64,000 nt of DNA from Camelus ferus (GCF_009834535.1 NC_045697.1:66838001-66902000); one strand, 5' to 3'. Positions 26,780-41,539 are shown, numbered from the stretch's first letter. Program-made: numbers and translations. Notes: generated by a model from the letters alone, not told the origin.

Positions 26780-29700
26780 TGACACATGAAATCCCTTGAG
26801 AAACTTACAGAACTTTTCAGTCTTCACTCTAGAGGATCAAGCAGCCCCTCTGGTACTTAAGTGTCAGAATAATATATTTTCTTAGGGGAGAAATAAATCC
26901 TGGCTTAGGGCCTCCGAGGTATTAAATTTTAAATAGAAAACCTGCAGTGAAGACTAGGTAGTAACAGATCTCCCGACTGATGACTGTGGAATCGTCCAAA
27001 TGCAAAGGAGACAGAATGGCCTGCCCCAGAGGGTACTGAATGTTCTCAGAGTATTTTGATGTCATTAATTTTAGCACTGCTCCTGGTTTGTTTACTTAGT
27101 GGTTTTCTTAAAAAGTGACATGGTTCAGTGACTGGCCAGAGTCACAGACCAAGATGATTGGTGGCAGAGTCAGCACTCCCAGGCAGAGCTTCTGCAGCCA
27201 TATCCACCTGCTGTTGAAGAGTTTTAATGTTAAGAAACCCTGAGATTTCTTGGGACTTAATCATAGGAACAAATAATTCTGTTGAAAAGTGCTGCAGAAA
27301 ACTCTTCCTCATTGGCTAACACCTGACTGGGCAGAGCTCAATTCAGCAAATCGGTTCCACGGGTGTTTGCAAGATGCCACAGGAAACAGAGGATGTGCAC
27401 AGCCCCTTCCTCAGAGGGCTTGTGAGCATCTTTCATGCTTTGCAAGGTCACTGTTGTCTTTCTAAGAGGTGATTCAGTGTTCTCGGGTATATTTCACGTG
27501 TAGCTAATTTCAGACATGGTTGTAAGCCACAAGCAAACCAATGGCCTCGCTCACAAGTCTTTTGCCCCGGCCCTTCTTGTTCTTTAAAGTTCAGTTCTTT
27601 TTTTTTTTTTTTTTTTTAAAAGCTTTTTATATTATTAAAACTGTACAATGTTTGCTTCTCTTCTTTCTCTGTTACCTTTTTATCTCGCTTCTCCCCTCCT
27701 CTGCTCTCTGTTTAAAGCATCAGCAACGTCCAGCAGAAGACCACCTACATGTGCCCAGAGGCTCGGTGAGGTCGAGCCACCTGGTTGATGGCCAGCCCAG
27801 TTCCTGAGCTGGCTGTGCATCTGATTCTGTGAAACTCCCTCTTCAGTAGCTGGTGCCCTGGGAGTGTGCGCTGCGCTGAGCCAACCATTGGCTTCTTCCC
27901 TCACGTAACACTCTTGTGAGAATTCTCGCTATCGATTTATAATTAGGAAGCTTAATTAACATGAAAATAATTAATATAAAGTAAAGTTAATTTAGGTACT
28001 ATATTTTTAAAGATTCCCCTTTATTCCCTGTCACCAAAATACAAATCTGCCTACCCCTTTTCCAGTGCACAATAGACCAGAGTGCAAGGCCCATGCTGCC
28101 CCAACCGAGTCCCGCAGGGGCTCAGGTCATTCGTGGGACCCTCAGGGTCCTGGCGGGAGGCCCCCCTTTCAGCCTTTCTCTCTTTTTTTTTTCCCTTTCA
28201 GCCTTTCTGCGCCCACAGGAGCTCTTTGATTCTTTCCCTCAGTTACACGAACACCTGCGACGCACGCGCCCCTATAGACGCCAGCACTGGACCTGGGGAC
28301 AGGCAGTAGGGGGGCTGCACTGTCTTAGACAAGAAAACTGATTAAATTATCACTCTGCGCCCAAGTTCTAAACAATGTCAGTGATAAATAGCATCTCCCA
28401 GTAGAGCCCGTTGCTTCTCCATCCTCTCCTTAGTACGGCCGCCTCTCTGTCTTCTCTCTCAATATCACAGGCAGCTTTGCTCCCCTCCCGCGCCTGGAGC
28501 AGTTGTGAGAACTCGCCCTTTCTTCGTGGTCCCCCAGGCGCGAGAAGCCACTCTAAGTGTGCATTCTTATAGGAGGCCGTTTGTCGTCAGGGCAGACCTC
28601 CTCCTTCATCACGCTGGCGCTTTCTTTATTCTCCTGATGTCACCCAAGTGACAAAAGTCAGTTTTTCATGCCTCTTTATGGAACCCCAGCTGAGGCACCT
28701 TGCTTTTTGAGGTTCAAGTAAAATTAGACTCTGTCATCCCTGTCCTCCCTAGTCCAGTAGGGAATTCAGTGTCATTCACAGTGTATCTGTGGATCCTAAG
28801 AGGCTCCTTTTCTCTTTGCCACACCAGCCTGCACCTCTGATATGTGCTGCCCCTTCTCTACATGATGTAGCTACTGCTGCTTTTCTTCCTCAAACTGTTG
28901 GCTCAAGGTTGAAGACATCTTACGGGGGTGTGTTGTAGGGTATTGCATGAAATTTAGTTATAAAATTCATGCTACCAGAACATCTTCCCTTATTTTTTAT
29001 TCACCTTGATCCCTCCCAGAGGTAACCAGTACCCTGAAGTTGGTATTTATCTTTGCCATATATGATTTTATAATTTTCACATGTATGTATGTGTGTGGCC
29101 ACACAGTGTGCAGGATTATTTTGCGGATCTGGAGTTCTTTCCTCCAACTGTGCCCCCTGGTGCGGAAACCTCAGCTCTCCAGGTCCAGTCTCTGTGGAAG
29201 AGGAAGGCGGGGAGGGGGAGCTGAAGGCACCTTGACTTTCTCTGCCTCCTCCTTCCTCCTTGGCCCTTTCGTGCAGTTACCTCACACCTGTTCTCACCAG
29301 CTCTGCACCATCAGACTGCACTTCCAGTCCCTTTTTCTTCCTGTATTCTCGCGGCCCCAGTGTTAAATCACTGTGATTTCTCTTTTTGACTTTGAAAGTT
29401 AATGCATGTTCAGCTTTCCTCTGCCCTTATTTGGGAACAGGTAAGATGATGTGACCGAAGACCTGGAAGAGGATTGCCGTTTAATTACTTTCAAGTAGAG
29501 AAGCCCTCCCGAGGGAGGGAGAGGCAGAGCTGAGTGTCTCGGAGGATCGGGTATTTTATAATATCAGATAGGAATTACTTGTAATTAGTAGGTTTATTGT
29601 TTAAATATTATGTTAAAGGCATTTGTCATTAGGCTAATAGTCATCTGTTACAAAATTAATTTGCCTAACAAAATTCGATTTATTCTCCTAGATACCTGTT

Positions 29701-29942
29701 ATGTCTCATTTTAGGGTCTACATATAATGGACATTTTTACATTTCTCTTTAAATCATCCATAGTAATGTTTACTGTAAAAAAAAAACCTTTCCCCTCTTT
29801 CATGTAAAGGATATTCTTTATCTCCCATGTGCAAGGCCCACTGTGAATGGAGATGGAAGGGGCCTCTGCTCTTTGGGGATATAGCAAATGATTAGGACAG
29901 TTGTTCGGGGCTCGGAGGAGTTTATAGTCTTAGGTTGGAATA

Positions 29943-30050
29943 TGGATGTTTACTGAGATACTACAAGGGAGAACATTTATTCAAATTCTTCTCAGGGTGG
30001 ATATTTATTCAAATGCTCCCAGAGGAGACGTTTATTCACGGAGTATTGGG
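29943..30050. repeat. Degenerate tandem repeat, four units of 27-28 bp
   Basis: Cores atgtttact (29946), acatttatt (29973), atatttatt (30001), acgtttatt (30028). Confidence 0.6.
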
Positions 30051-31999
30051 AAACCCCTAAGATGGGGAGAGGAAGGTGAAGGAGGGACCAGGTGCCGAGC
30101 ACGCATGGCCTGTGTAAGGAACTGGTTTCAGAGGATTTGATGGACGAGCAAAATCTTTGATTGTGTGTTTTTTCAGTGTTTGAGGGAATGAGAGTTTAGA
30201 GGTGAACCAGACATGGTCTGGCCATCACAAATCTTAATTCTGTTATCATCAGGTAACAATTACCTTTTACTTTGCCAATAGATGTCTCCATGTCACAAAT
30301 TCCATTAGCCCTCCCTGACCTCCCAAATCCAAATAAGACGTTAAGGAGCTAAGTGTATAAGAATAGAAAGGAACTGCCTAACGTCTTTATCAGCTGTGAT
30401 CAGAGTATATCTTTGGCTTGAATACACTCTGTGGGGCCCATACTAAGACTGTTCTGAGTTCCCGGTCCATGTTCTGGAGTATATTTTAGGCCCTTTACCA
30501 TCTTCTTTCCATCTGCAAGACCCCATGGTGGTTTCTCTGCATGAACCCAGAATTCTCTACCCAAGCCCACCACTGTCTTCCTCTGGTGATTCAAGGTGAT
30601 CAATAACACATGCACATAACACATTAATGAATTACTGACTGTGTGTTCACATGAGCGATGTCAGTGGGTAGAAGAGGAGGAGAGAAATTAGAATTGAAGC
30701 TGGAGCTTTTGTGGCATCTTTTAAATCTGGTATTTTTCCAAGTTATCATTAACTTCTCAGCTCATGTTCCTTCCTTAAGCGATGTACTATTTAGGTACAT
30801 GAGTGACTTATTCTATTGCATCATGCTGGTAAATTCTGAGATTCATTTAAACTCTTGTGCTAGCCTTAGAAAAGAGCCCTGAACACTGAAACCTACACTT
30901 ACGGATGGTAGGGAGTACCAGCTCTTCAGCCTTTTTCATTTAAAAAAAATTGCCACTATAACTTTTATCTTAGGAAAACAGGCTTTTCAGAGTTGTTGCT
31001 TTTAGAAAATCCGGAGGGGCCTAATGAGCATCCCGGTGACACGTCTGATGCAATTGCTTTAGGTTAAGGGTTTTAGCTGCAAGTGAATTTTAAATGGCTG
31101 TAAAAATGAAGCTTTGTAAGTTTTAGTAAATGTACTCAGTTCTGCAGTGTACAGAGGGACATCTACCACCCTTTGCGTTTTCCCAAATGACACTAGATAT
31201 TTTATGTCCTAGAAGACAGAGATTGAGGCAGTGAGATCAGATCCAAAGGTTTTTTCTCTGAAAGCCACTAGTGTTTTGCCAAGTTTGCTGCTGTCTGTGA
31301 CACAGTGTGATAAACGTGGTAGCTGATACATGCAGCTGTTTTCCATGTTGAGAAAAACGAATATGTAAATGCTTGAGAGTGGCGTATGATGAAAAGAAAA
31401 AGAAAAAAACTCTTTCTTGGGATTCAGGAGAGAAGATTTATCTGAGGTTTTACACGAACTTCAGTTTAATCATGAGGTTTTGTACCTTTTCTGTTTTATA
31501 GTTTCTTTATCCATCAAAACGGGGGCTTACTGCTCCTTAGTTCCACCAGTTTTTGTTGAGGTTCAGGACTGGTTGCACTTGTGTTATGTGCTCAGGACTG
31601 TGCTAGTAGCAATTTTACACTTTCCTCTCATTTCATCGTCAGCCTCTCAAGCAGCCGTAGTTCAACAGCTTTGAATCACAGGTCCGTAGCTCTGGCTCCA
31701 GCTCGCTGCCCTGAGGCAGTGGTTTCCACCTGCTGGTCTGCAGATTGGTGTCCGTCCATCATGAATTTTCTCCCCATCCAAGGGAAATAATAATAAATGG
31801 ATCGTGTGAAATTTTCCTAAAGCTGAAGACATTATATTGGAAGGAATTATTTCTTTTTTTTTATTAAAAATACATGTTATTTGGTTTATGAAATAATAGT
31901 GATAATATAAAGCTTTTCTGTAGGTCCCTGCTTATCAAAGTAGAACATTTGAAAATCTTTGTAGGTCCTCCCCTCCCATCTCTGTTTACTTGTTTGTAG

Positions 32000-32572
<573 letters not shown>

Positions 32573-33419
32573 TGATCCTGTGGCAGCCCCCGCACACCCT
32601 CTCTTTCTGGTCAGAAATCAGAGCTTTCCCATGGTTCACAAAATCAAATTCTATTTGATTTTCCCCTTTATTTCTGATGACGTGGTCTCAATCCTCCCAG
32701 GAAATGATATTTAACATCGTAGAAGGACCTTTGACTGCCTCCTTCCCCTCCTCCTCCTCCTGACAAATCTTTCCGAGACACGCTGTCAGCGTCCTCGTGC
32801 CCTTTCAGATGTCACTCCCTTCCACTGTAGGTGTCATCTCGCTTTCCTCTTCAGCTCTTCCTCCAGCAGTTGCTCCGTCAAGTCAAACCCCTTTCCCACC
32901 CCTTCCAGCCTCTTCTCACCAACCGACTCCCCCCTCATCCCCTGCCATCAGTGTCCTTTCCCCGTGTCTGCCTCTGCACAGATGAAGGGAGGGACATACA
33001 TGTGGCATGGGACGCCCATGGTTTAATCCCCCTGCTTCTTCACTTTCCATAATACTTCCTTATGCCGCAGTTTGAAAATACCAGTTTGTATCAAAAGGAA
33101 ATTAAACCCATAAGAATGTTATTATCGTTCATGATAACTTTTCTACAAAACATAGGGGTCCCCTAGGAAGACTAAGAAGACATCCTTAAACATTCAGAGG
33201 TGTTATTACCGCTGGTAGTATTTTGTTTACTGCTGCATAATCTGTCTTTGAGTAGATTTCAGCATTTTAGGTGAGGAGCTGAGTCGTTGGCTCTCCAGCA
33301 CAGGGACCCTGTTTATGCCTCTCCTCCTCCTTGTGCTCCTGAGGAGACCTTGGCGCTGCTGTCTTTCCCATGTTGGCTAGTTCCTCACTTTCGTGAAAAC
33401 TTGAGCTGAAGTGCGTGCG

Positions 33420-33620
33420 CTTAACCAGTCCAGGGGTTACCTCTGGGACCTGCCATTTATTATTTGTGAACCTTTGACAAGTTACTAAACTTTTGTTTCA
33501 GTTTTCTTATTTTCAGAAGAGGTGAGTCACTGTGTCTACCTCAGATGGTTGTTGTGAGGTTTCAGTGATTGTACAAAGAATGAAAACCACCTGGCTAATA
33601 AATAGCACTCAATCCATATA
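33420..33620 (+). mobile_element. MIR SINE
   Basis: ctgccatttattatttgtgaacctttgacaagttactaaac...cagttttcttat...tacctcagatggttgttgtgagg. Confidence 0.65.
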
Positions 33621-34224
33621 CAGTACAAATAGCTATTTTGAATTTTCATTTTGGTTGGTAGAACCTTAACTTACAACTTAGATTCATATTTAAATATGGA
33701 AGAGAAACAGTAAACCAGCAGGCACTCCCGCTTTTGTAGAAAGATCATCTTCGGTGATGTGGTGCCTTCTGACTGTCCTGGGAATTCTGTGCCCCTTACA
33801 AGCAATTTAAAGTAGAACACGTTCCCTCTAAATTTCCAAAAGGAAATTTAATGTAGGAACGTTTTCCTAACCCGGTATTTTATAAATCTCCCATCATAAT
33901 TACGCCTTCATGCTGTGGTAAGAATAGATAGGCCTGTTTTTGAGCTGTTTGCTTACACTTACTAAGACAGGTTTCTAGAAGTAAGGGGGCGGCAGAGCAC
34001 AAGACTGCTTTTCTAATTATGTTTTCCTGAGCATCCAAAGTGAGTCGGGCTACGATAAACCTGTATTTGAAAGCCTGTGGGTTAGAATAAAGGAGAAATG
34101 ATTATCTGCTTAAAACATAAGCCAGTCTTAGGTAAACAGCAGGGTATTAATTGCTTTGCTAGGGCTGTCCTGGCCTGTGGAGACTGGAGAGGTCTCCCTT
34201 ATCTCTGTATGAGGTTGGCAGGTA

Positions 34225-34510
34225 TTTGTCAGAGCCCAAGCTCTACCTCGTACCAACTGCATGGCCTTGGGCGGGTTACTTAATCCTTCAAAAGCATCTT
34301 TCCTCATCGGTATAGTGTGGTTAATAATGCTGCCTCATACGTGTGTTTATGAAAATTTAACAAGTTATATAACATACCTGCCTCCATGCCTGGTAGATAG
34401 TAGCCTCTCAACAAATGAATCTGTGCAGGTCCAGCCAGGTAGTGGCGCCAATATTAGGCACTGAGGAAAATGTGAGATAAATTAGATTGATGTCATCTTT
34501 GTCCCAAAGA
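34225..34510. mobile_element. MIR plus adjacent L2 fragment
   Basis: cccaagctctacctcgtaccaactgcatggccttgggcgggttacttaa...tttcctcatcggtatagtg. Confidence 0.65.
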
Positions 34511-35665
34511 TGTTTCCAGAGCCACTGTCTCGAGAATTAGAAAGGGAGGAAGAATGGGCGTGCAGTAAGCATCCCCCATCCCTTAGACCTTGTGCTCTTA
34601 TTGTCTTATTTAGGGATGACACACAATGGAAGGAAATATTACCATAAGTAATAGATATAATTAGACTCTGGGATCTCAGCAGAGTAAATGGTGACTTGAA
34701 ATGATCTAAGAAAACTTTTGAACCTTCTGATTCTTTAGATTATATATGGGTTTGAATTTACAAGAAAGGACATAATACAAGATTCAGATTTTTTTTAAAA
34801 GTAAGCCCCCAGTGAATTTAATGATGCAGTGTGCAACCTGCCAACCTGTTAGTATCATCTTGTTCAGATAACAAGTGATGAAATTTCTATAAAGGATGAT
34901 TTAAGATAAGGAGTAAGGGTTCTCTGGAAAGATTGTTCAGAGCTGCTTATAATTATTGTGAGGGGTTGCTCAAATAAGGTCGGAAAGACACAGGTAGCTG
35001 CTTTTTTAAAGGACAAGAGGAAAAGGTAGAAATTAGGTATTAGGAAAATGAAATGAGACAGAATTTAGCGTGGTAAGTAGTATTTCCCTAAAGATGACGT
35101 TCTTTTGTATTTCTTCACTCTTCTTTCAATAGTACCTATTTTTTCCTAATAGTAATGTTTTCCTTGTAGGAAGTTTAGATAAATGTAGAAAATTTAAAGA
35201 AGAAAATAAAAATCAGACAGTCCTTGCACCTAAAAATCATGGTTGATATTTTTAGGTGTGTATAGTTTTCCAAATTTTTAATGTGCAAAAATACATTCAC
35301 GTGATTAAACAGAAAAAATGTAAATCTGACATTTCATTCAAGTAGGATATCCTGCCGATTTATTATGAGATCATAATCTCTTACTGCAGTAATAGAAATA
35401 GTTACATATTGTGCAGTGTGAGTTTGGGGTGTGTCTGCCAAATTTGCACTGAGATATAATATAGATTTTTTAAAATTTGGCGTACAGTATAAGAGCCTCT
35501 ATAAAACCGGAAATAAATTTGAGATGCTTGTTTACTTAGCTTCTGGAAATTAGAAAAAAGGCTTGAAGACATAATAATGTTTCATTATGCTTCCCGTTCA
35601 TTTTTTTAAATTAGACTGTGTCATTTGGACACATTTTATCAAGGTGGGTTTTTTTTTTTTTTTAA

Positions 35666-36058
<393 letters not shown>

Positions 36059-37380
36059 TAATATATATGATGCTGAGTGCTGAGTGTTCAGTTATCTGTT
36101 CCTTTCTCCTGTTTGACTTTGCCACTTCCAGACTACATTGACTGGGTCCACATAGAGCCTGCCTACCCGGTAACATTATTTCATTTGTTGGCGATGTCCT
36201 GATACTTGTATAAAGACCATCATTTTTCTGCATGTGTGTTTGTAAAGCATCGTGAATGTTCTCCGTGGCAAACTCACATATAGCGTTCTCTCTCTGCAAC
36301 GAGGGGAAAGATAGGCACCTGAAGGATAGGGTTTCCTGTACACAGAGGTGGTACAGGTTGACCTCGTTGAGATGCCTGACTGTGCTGGGGACCTTGGTTA
36401 ATGAGGATGATGCGATCCCGTGGGAGCAGACACACGTTCAGCTTGGCTCTGAGTGTGTCATGGCGAGACCTAAGCAGGTCCAACGGGGAGCTGCTCAGGA
36501 GGAGATGAGCTGGGCCCACCTTGCCTTTCCTGCCCCTTCTCCACCCACCCAGGCCTACAGAGCCCAGCAGCCCTCGGAGGAGTGGAACCTTCAGGGAAGA
36601 GTTTGAAGCATCCCCAGGAAGAAATGCACCAAAGCCAGTGCAGACAAATGGACAGAGCACTGTATAAGCTAATTCTTCAATGTTAAGAAATTTAAAAATA
36701 ACCTTTGGTTCATTGGTTTTGTGGCTAGCTACTGAAATGCTAAATAATACATATGTTTTCCAGTGAGCTGGGCAGAAAACTTTATGAGATGCTGGAGTTA
36801 TATAATTTTGAAGCTAGTTATGGGCATTAATATTACTCAGAGTCCCTTCACTGAGGATTTCTAATGAAGTGAAATTGTGCTTTTCAACAGGAAGGCCAAT
36901 AATTGAAACCACAGGAGAACACAGGAGAAAGTGGTAGTGAGGCTGTGCACGGGCCATTAATCTTGCTCAGTGGTACAGCGTGGTGCTATCATGGTGGCCG
37001 ACAGCTGCGGTTTAGCAATAACCATGTTTGTCTGGATAGTATGGAATTAGATAAAAGACTTAAGCTTATCAAGTCTTATAAACAACCTGGGAGTGTGCAG
37101 AGGAATCCAGACTCCCTGCGTATTTTTGTATTTGTTTAATCTGACTTCAGAGACACCCTTCCACAATCAGCAAAGCCACCTGCTCACTCCTGTCACAAGG
37201 AAGACGGGAAAATCTGTTTTAGTCGTTTGAAATTTGCATAAGAAAATAATTTTTATGGAATTTTAGGTCTGTATGGTTTTAATGGGTACCTTTTAAATAT
37301 ATATTCAAACTTTAGAAACCCAAAACTAAAAAGCCAGTAGCAAGCGCCACCCTCGCAGGTAACAGATTTCACCAGTGTAA

Positions 37381-37533
<153 letters not shown>

Positions 37534-37671
37534 TCTGAGGGCAAGAAGCAGCATCTCTGGAGGAAGCCAGCAGGCACTCTTCTGTGGGTAGGCAGAGCAA
37601 GAGATGTTCCAGAAGCAGCCACAGTGCAAGCCTTGAATGCCGTCCCGCTTCCCAGCAGGCTCGGCCTCACC

Positions 37672-37680
37672 TCTCAGGGA
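37672..37680 (+). promoter_or_regulatory. miR-125 family 8mer target site (TCTCAGGGA) in the BMPR1B 3'UTR
   Basis: Complementary to miR-125b nt 1-9 (UCCCUGAGA). Confidence 0.65.
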
Positions 37681-40600
37681 GCAGCCTGCAAGGAGAGAAG
37701 TTCCCAGAAACACGGATTCATCGTGTCTGTTTGTAGGAGGGAGAAACTGCTTGGGTAACTTGTTTAAGATGTGATGCATGTTGCTTTCTAAGAAAGCCCT
37801 ATATTTTGGGATTGCCTTTTTTTTTTTTTTTTAAAGATGCTTTAATTTTGCCAAAATAAAACAAATAAGGTAGATGTTTTAAGGTTTATACTATTACAGT
37901 TTAAATAATAACAACACAAGTTCTTCCCAGAAGCTCTCCTGGAAGGTAAATGCAGCTGTGTGTTGCCATGGGTACTTTGTGTTGCACTCTACCAATCAGA
38001 AGACAGTCTATGAAGGGGGAGAGCAGCGAGTGGGACTCATCCTGAAAGCCCCCTGCCCCCCCCCGCGGCCCGGCCCGGGCCGTGTGGACGCACCTGGGTA
38101 TGGACACCGCCTGGCGGGGCACAGTCTGGGATTCCTGCAGGTGACCTTCTGCAACGTCAGAGGATGCACAGAACAAATGAAGGTTTTATGTGACTCTATT
38201 AGATGTAAATGTTGACACTATTCTTCAGAACCACTGTGTGTTTCTGATTCTGTTAGGCATTTTCTTTCACGGTAAAATCCCTTCCTTTTCAGTAAACGCA
38301 AACAAAGCTGTTTTTATGCGCGGAGAAGTGGCCCATGCATGCTTTTGATCATGCAAGTGAAAGGATCAATATTAAGTAAAATGGCCATCAGTTGTGTGGA
38401 AGACAAGGTGCTTAAAAAAGAGAATTTGCTCTTGTGCTATAAGATGTGTCAGAAAGGTAGGGGTTGAGGGTGGAGGTGCAAATGCCTTGTTTCTTAATAC
38501 TCAGATGAGCCCTTCTCAGAAGCACCAGGGAAAAGTTGGCACACCTTACCGTGCACAGATAGAGATGGCTTCTTTTTGTTACCATCTGCCTTCTGCGTGT
38601 CTGAGTTAAGGGAAGGAGAGGAAACATATGTGAGGTTAATTTAACTAAATTTTAATTTAAAAATAGATAAATAAACCCTCTGGGAGAGGAGAGGGATGCT
38701 AGTGGAGGCCACAAAATATTATGGCTGCTGCGATCTGCTATCCTAGGGTAGGTATGGATCGAGTATGTACATCTTCTGTGATAATTTCACATCTTAGGAA
38801 TGCTGGCTGTTTATTTTATTCTCATGATGTTCAGTTCACTTTTTAATTTATTATTTTTTCTTCTCTGTGGCACTGGTGCCAAACATCTCTTCACCTGTTC
38901 AGTTCTGTGGGGTTTGACCTTTTGAGCAAAGTTGAGTCATGTCATTGACAGGGCCAGTATTCCTTAGCATAATAAAGGTTAAAATTGTATATACATCCCT
39001 TTCAACTTCATTTAATTCCTGGCTGTGGTTTTCTTTTCCATAGAAATTCTGTAGTGTTTAGTAAAGAACTGGGAAGTACCTCCTCTCACCCCTTAAAAAA
39101 AAAAAAAGATTGTACCTACCAGAATACTCCAGAGGGCAGTGTTTTATAACACATTTTCATGTCACCACTTGGTGGCTGAAAGATGGAGAGTTTTTGAAAA
39201 TGTGACAGCTGCATGAAACGTGGGGACTTCTTCCTCACTTCTGAAGTGGGCCTGCAGCTGGTGACAGGCTCCTTCAGGAAGCATCCAAGGGCAGAGACTG
39301 GCTGTGAGCTGTGCTTACGGTTTGGAAAAGTGTCAGAAGAAACAGTGTCCTGCATTCAGCATTCACTTCCCAGTGCTTCATAACCACATCTCCCTGTGTA
39401 ACAAAGAATATTTTCTTAATCCTTGAATATGAAAAAGTTTCTCTTTTTTCAAAGATTAAGAACAGTTGGTTCCAAATATAATGGTAATCAGAATGCTGCT
39501 TTTACTGATATTAAGATAACCTGAATAGTGGTGTAAAGGTTCCTTTCTCTTGTGTTAAATCATGTTCTTTGTGGTAGCTGAGGAGGGGTATGTGGCTAGA
39601 GCTAAGTGTGCTAATCATCTGAGCCCAGGGGAGAAACTTCAGTGCCTCTAATCAGGTCATCTACAAACAAATAAGTAAACATTTAAGTTTTTGTTTCTTG
39701 ACTTTCCCTAAATTTAAGTGATGTTGGGCTTACGTCTTAGGTAAAAATGTGTTCTGTGTTTGGTGAGCTCTTATACATGGATAACTTCAAATCAGAATAT
39801 GTTGTAGGGAAGTGATGATTTGAAAGTAAACTAGATTTCTTAGGGAGGTGTTGATTTCTGTGAAGAAGGCTAAGAAATTAAAATAGAATCCAAGTTTCTC
39901 CTGTATAACTTGTTTGTTTGCTTTAGAAAAAATGGATAGCTCACTTTCTAATCCCCAACCCGACTGACTCACTACGAACATTTAAAAATATTTCCTGATA
40001 CTTAAAAAGGCCCATTTAGTTATTATAGTCTTTCAATGAGAGAAGAATTTATTTATGAATAGATTTTTCTTTGTATCTTACCAAAATCCACCTTGCTTAG
40101 GGAATATTAAATTGTCCTTAAAGAGACTACCTACTTCCAAATAATTCATTTTAATTTTTAAATTTCTGGTAGCTCAGAGTGAATTTTATTTTATTTTTTT
40201 GTTTTGTCTTTCAGTAAACTCATGGGAACCTGGAAATAATGTAGTTGATTGCTTATTTTCAGGATGATTTCAAAGACTAAGATTTTCTTCTAATCGCTTC
40301 CCTGCAAAGGAATCCTAAAATATTACTTGTTAGCTAATACAAGTTTTGTATGCTAAGATGTTTGTTTGGGTTTATAGTTTTTGTATGTGTGTATATATTA
40401 TATAAATATATATGTATATATAAATATTATGTTCAGTCTGGAGTCTGGCACAACTCCACCATGTGGATTAGAGAGTAAAGTATTATGGATGGTAAAGTAC
40501 TAAATGAAACATAATATTTATTTATAAAAGGGTGTGGATTGTTCATCACAGGCGACAGTGCTGTGAACACTGTGAGGAGACAGGCCTTTGACCTAGAAAG

Positions 40601-41195
40601 CACCGCTCAAAAGTCACTAGTGACCGTTCTTTTTGTTCTCAAAACAAAGCTTCTTGGAAAGCGTACTAAGATTGTATATGCAGGGGATTCTCTGACACAT
40701 TTCAGTTGCTGTGTAGCCAGCGAGAGCAAGTGCTGGGTAATGACCGATTTTCACGTTCCCGGGGTCACGCATAGTCATCACGAGTCAGTGTCCTGTGCTT
40801 TGGTCTGTTCTGGTTCTTCCTTGTTTGTAGGTGGAAAGGCACTGAAAGAAGTCCAGTTTTTTAAACCTGAATAATTCTGTCATTACATCTCCTTAGAAAA
40901 CTTAGTCACATCGCAGTGGAAATGAAAGAAGTGGCATCAGAAGTGGCTTAATTTAGCAGCTTTGATTCCTTTTGTAAAACAAAACAGAAAACCAATGCCA
41001 CATTTCTCGGAGAACAGTTAGGATATATAAGGGATTTTGTTGTCTGTCTGTTTCAAAAGAAGACTCACTTGTGTTCTTTCAGGGAACCAGTGCCTTACTG
41101 AGTTTGTATTGTATATACTGTAATTATTCAGGACTAGGGAACAAACAGTTGTATTTGTTACAAATTGTATATGGCTTTGTTCTAACATTCCCCCC

Positions 41196-41201
41196 AATAA
41201 A
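41196..41201 (+). terminator. BMPR1B: Distal polyadenylation signal AATAAA of BMPR1B
   Basis: AATAAA with upstream UGUA (CFIm) motifs and downstream GU/U-rich sequence (tctgttatct, gggtcttttttt). Confidence 0.7.
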
Positions 41202-41539
41202 ACGGTTTCATTCTCGCCTTGGAAAGAACAAGTCTGTTATCTTACAGTTGGGTCTTTTTTTCCTCTTCAAAAATAGGCGGGAAAGGCAGCTGAGGAGAGC
41301 AGTGCCGGTAAGTCTGTACCTTTGGTGGCAGGAGAGCAAGACAGAAGGTCCAAGGGCTCCTGTTCTGTCTGGTTCGGAGGCACAGTTGTCTGTGGGGAGA
41401 GAGGAAAGGTGGAGAAGTCGGTGGTCTGACAGGAGTGACAAGGTTTACAATTGCGTTGTGGGCGATCACAGAGGGATGGTGGCCACGCCAGGGGCACTAA
41501 CTGCGTGGCTCAGTGGCTGAGCTGTGGCCTCTGGACCCT

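Larger units (their letters stand above)
37534..41225 (+). other. BMPR1B: BMPR1B long 3'UTR (end approximate)
   Basis: AU-rich sequence with no recognisable interspersed repeats, from the stop to AATAAA at 41196 preceded by several TGTA elements; repeats resume after ~41540. Confidence 0.75.

Noticed and set aside
26729..30050. Short direct repeats as a CRISPR-like array
   Set aside because: Mammalian intron, only 2-4 units, no unique spacers of CRISPR length and no cas genes.
41480..41499. CTCF-like sequence tggccacgccaggggcacta
   Set aside because: Spacing does not fit the core consensus (needs an indel); much weaker than the 47843 site.
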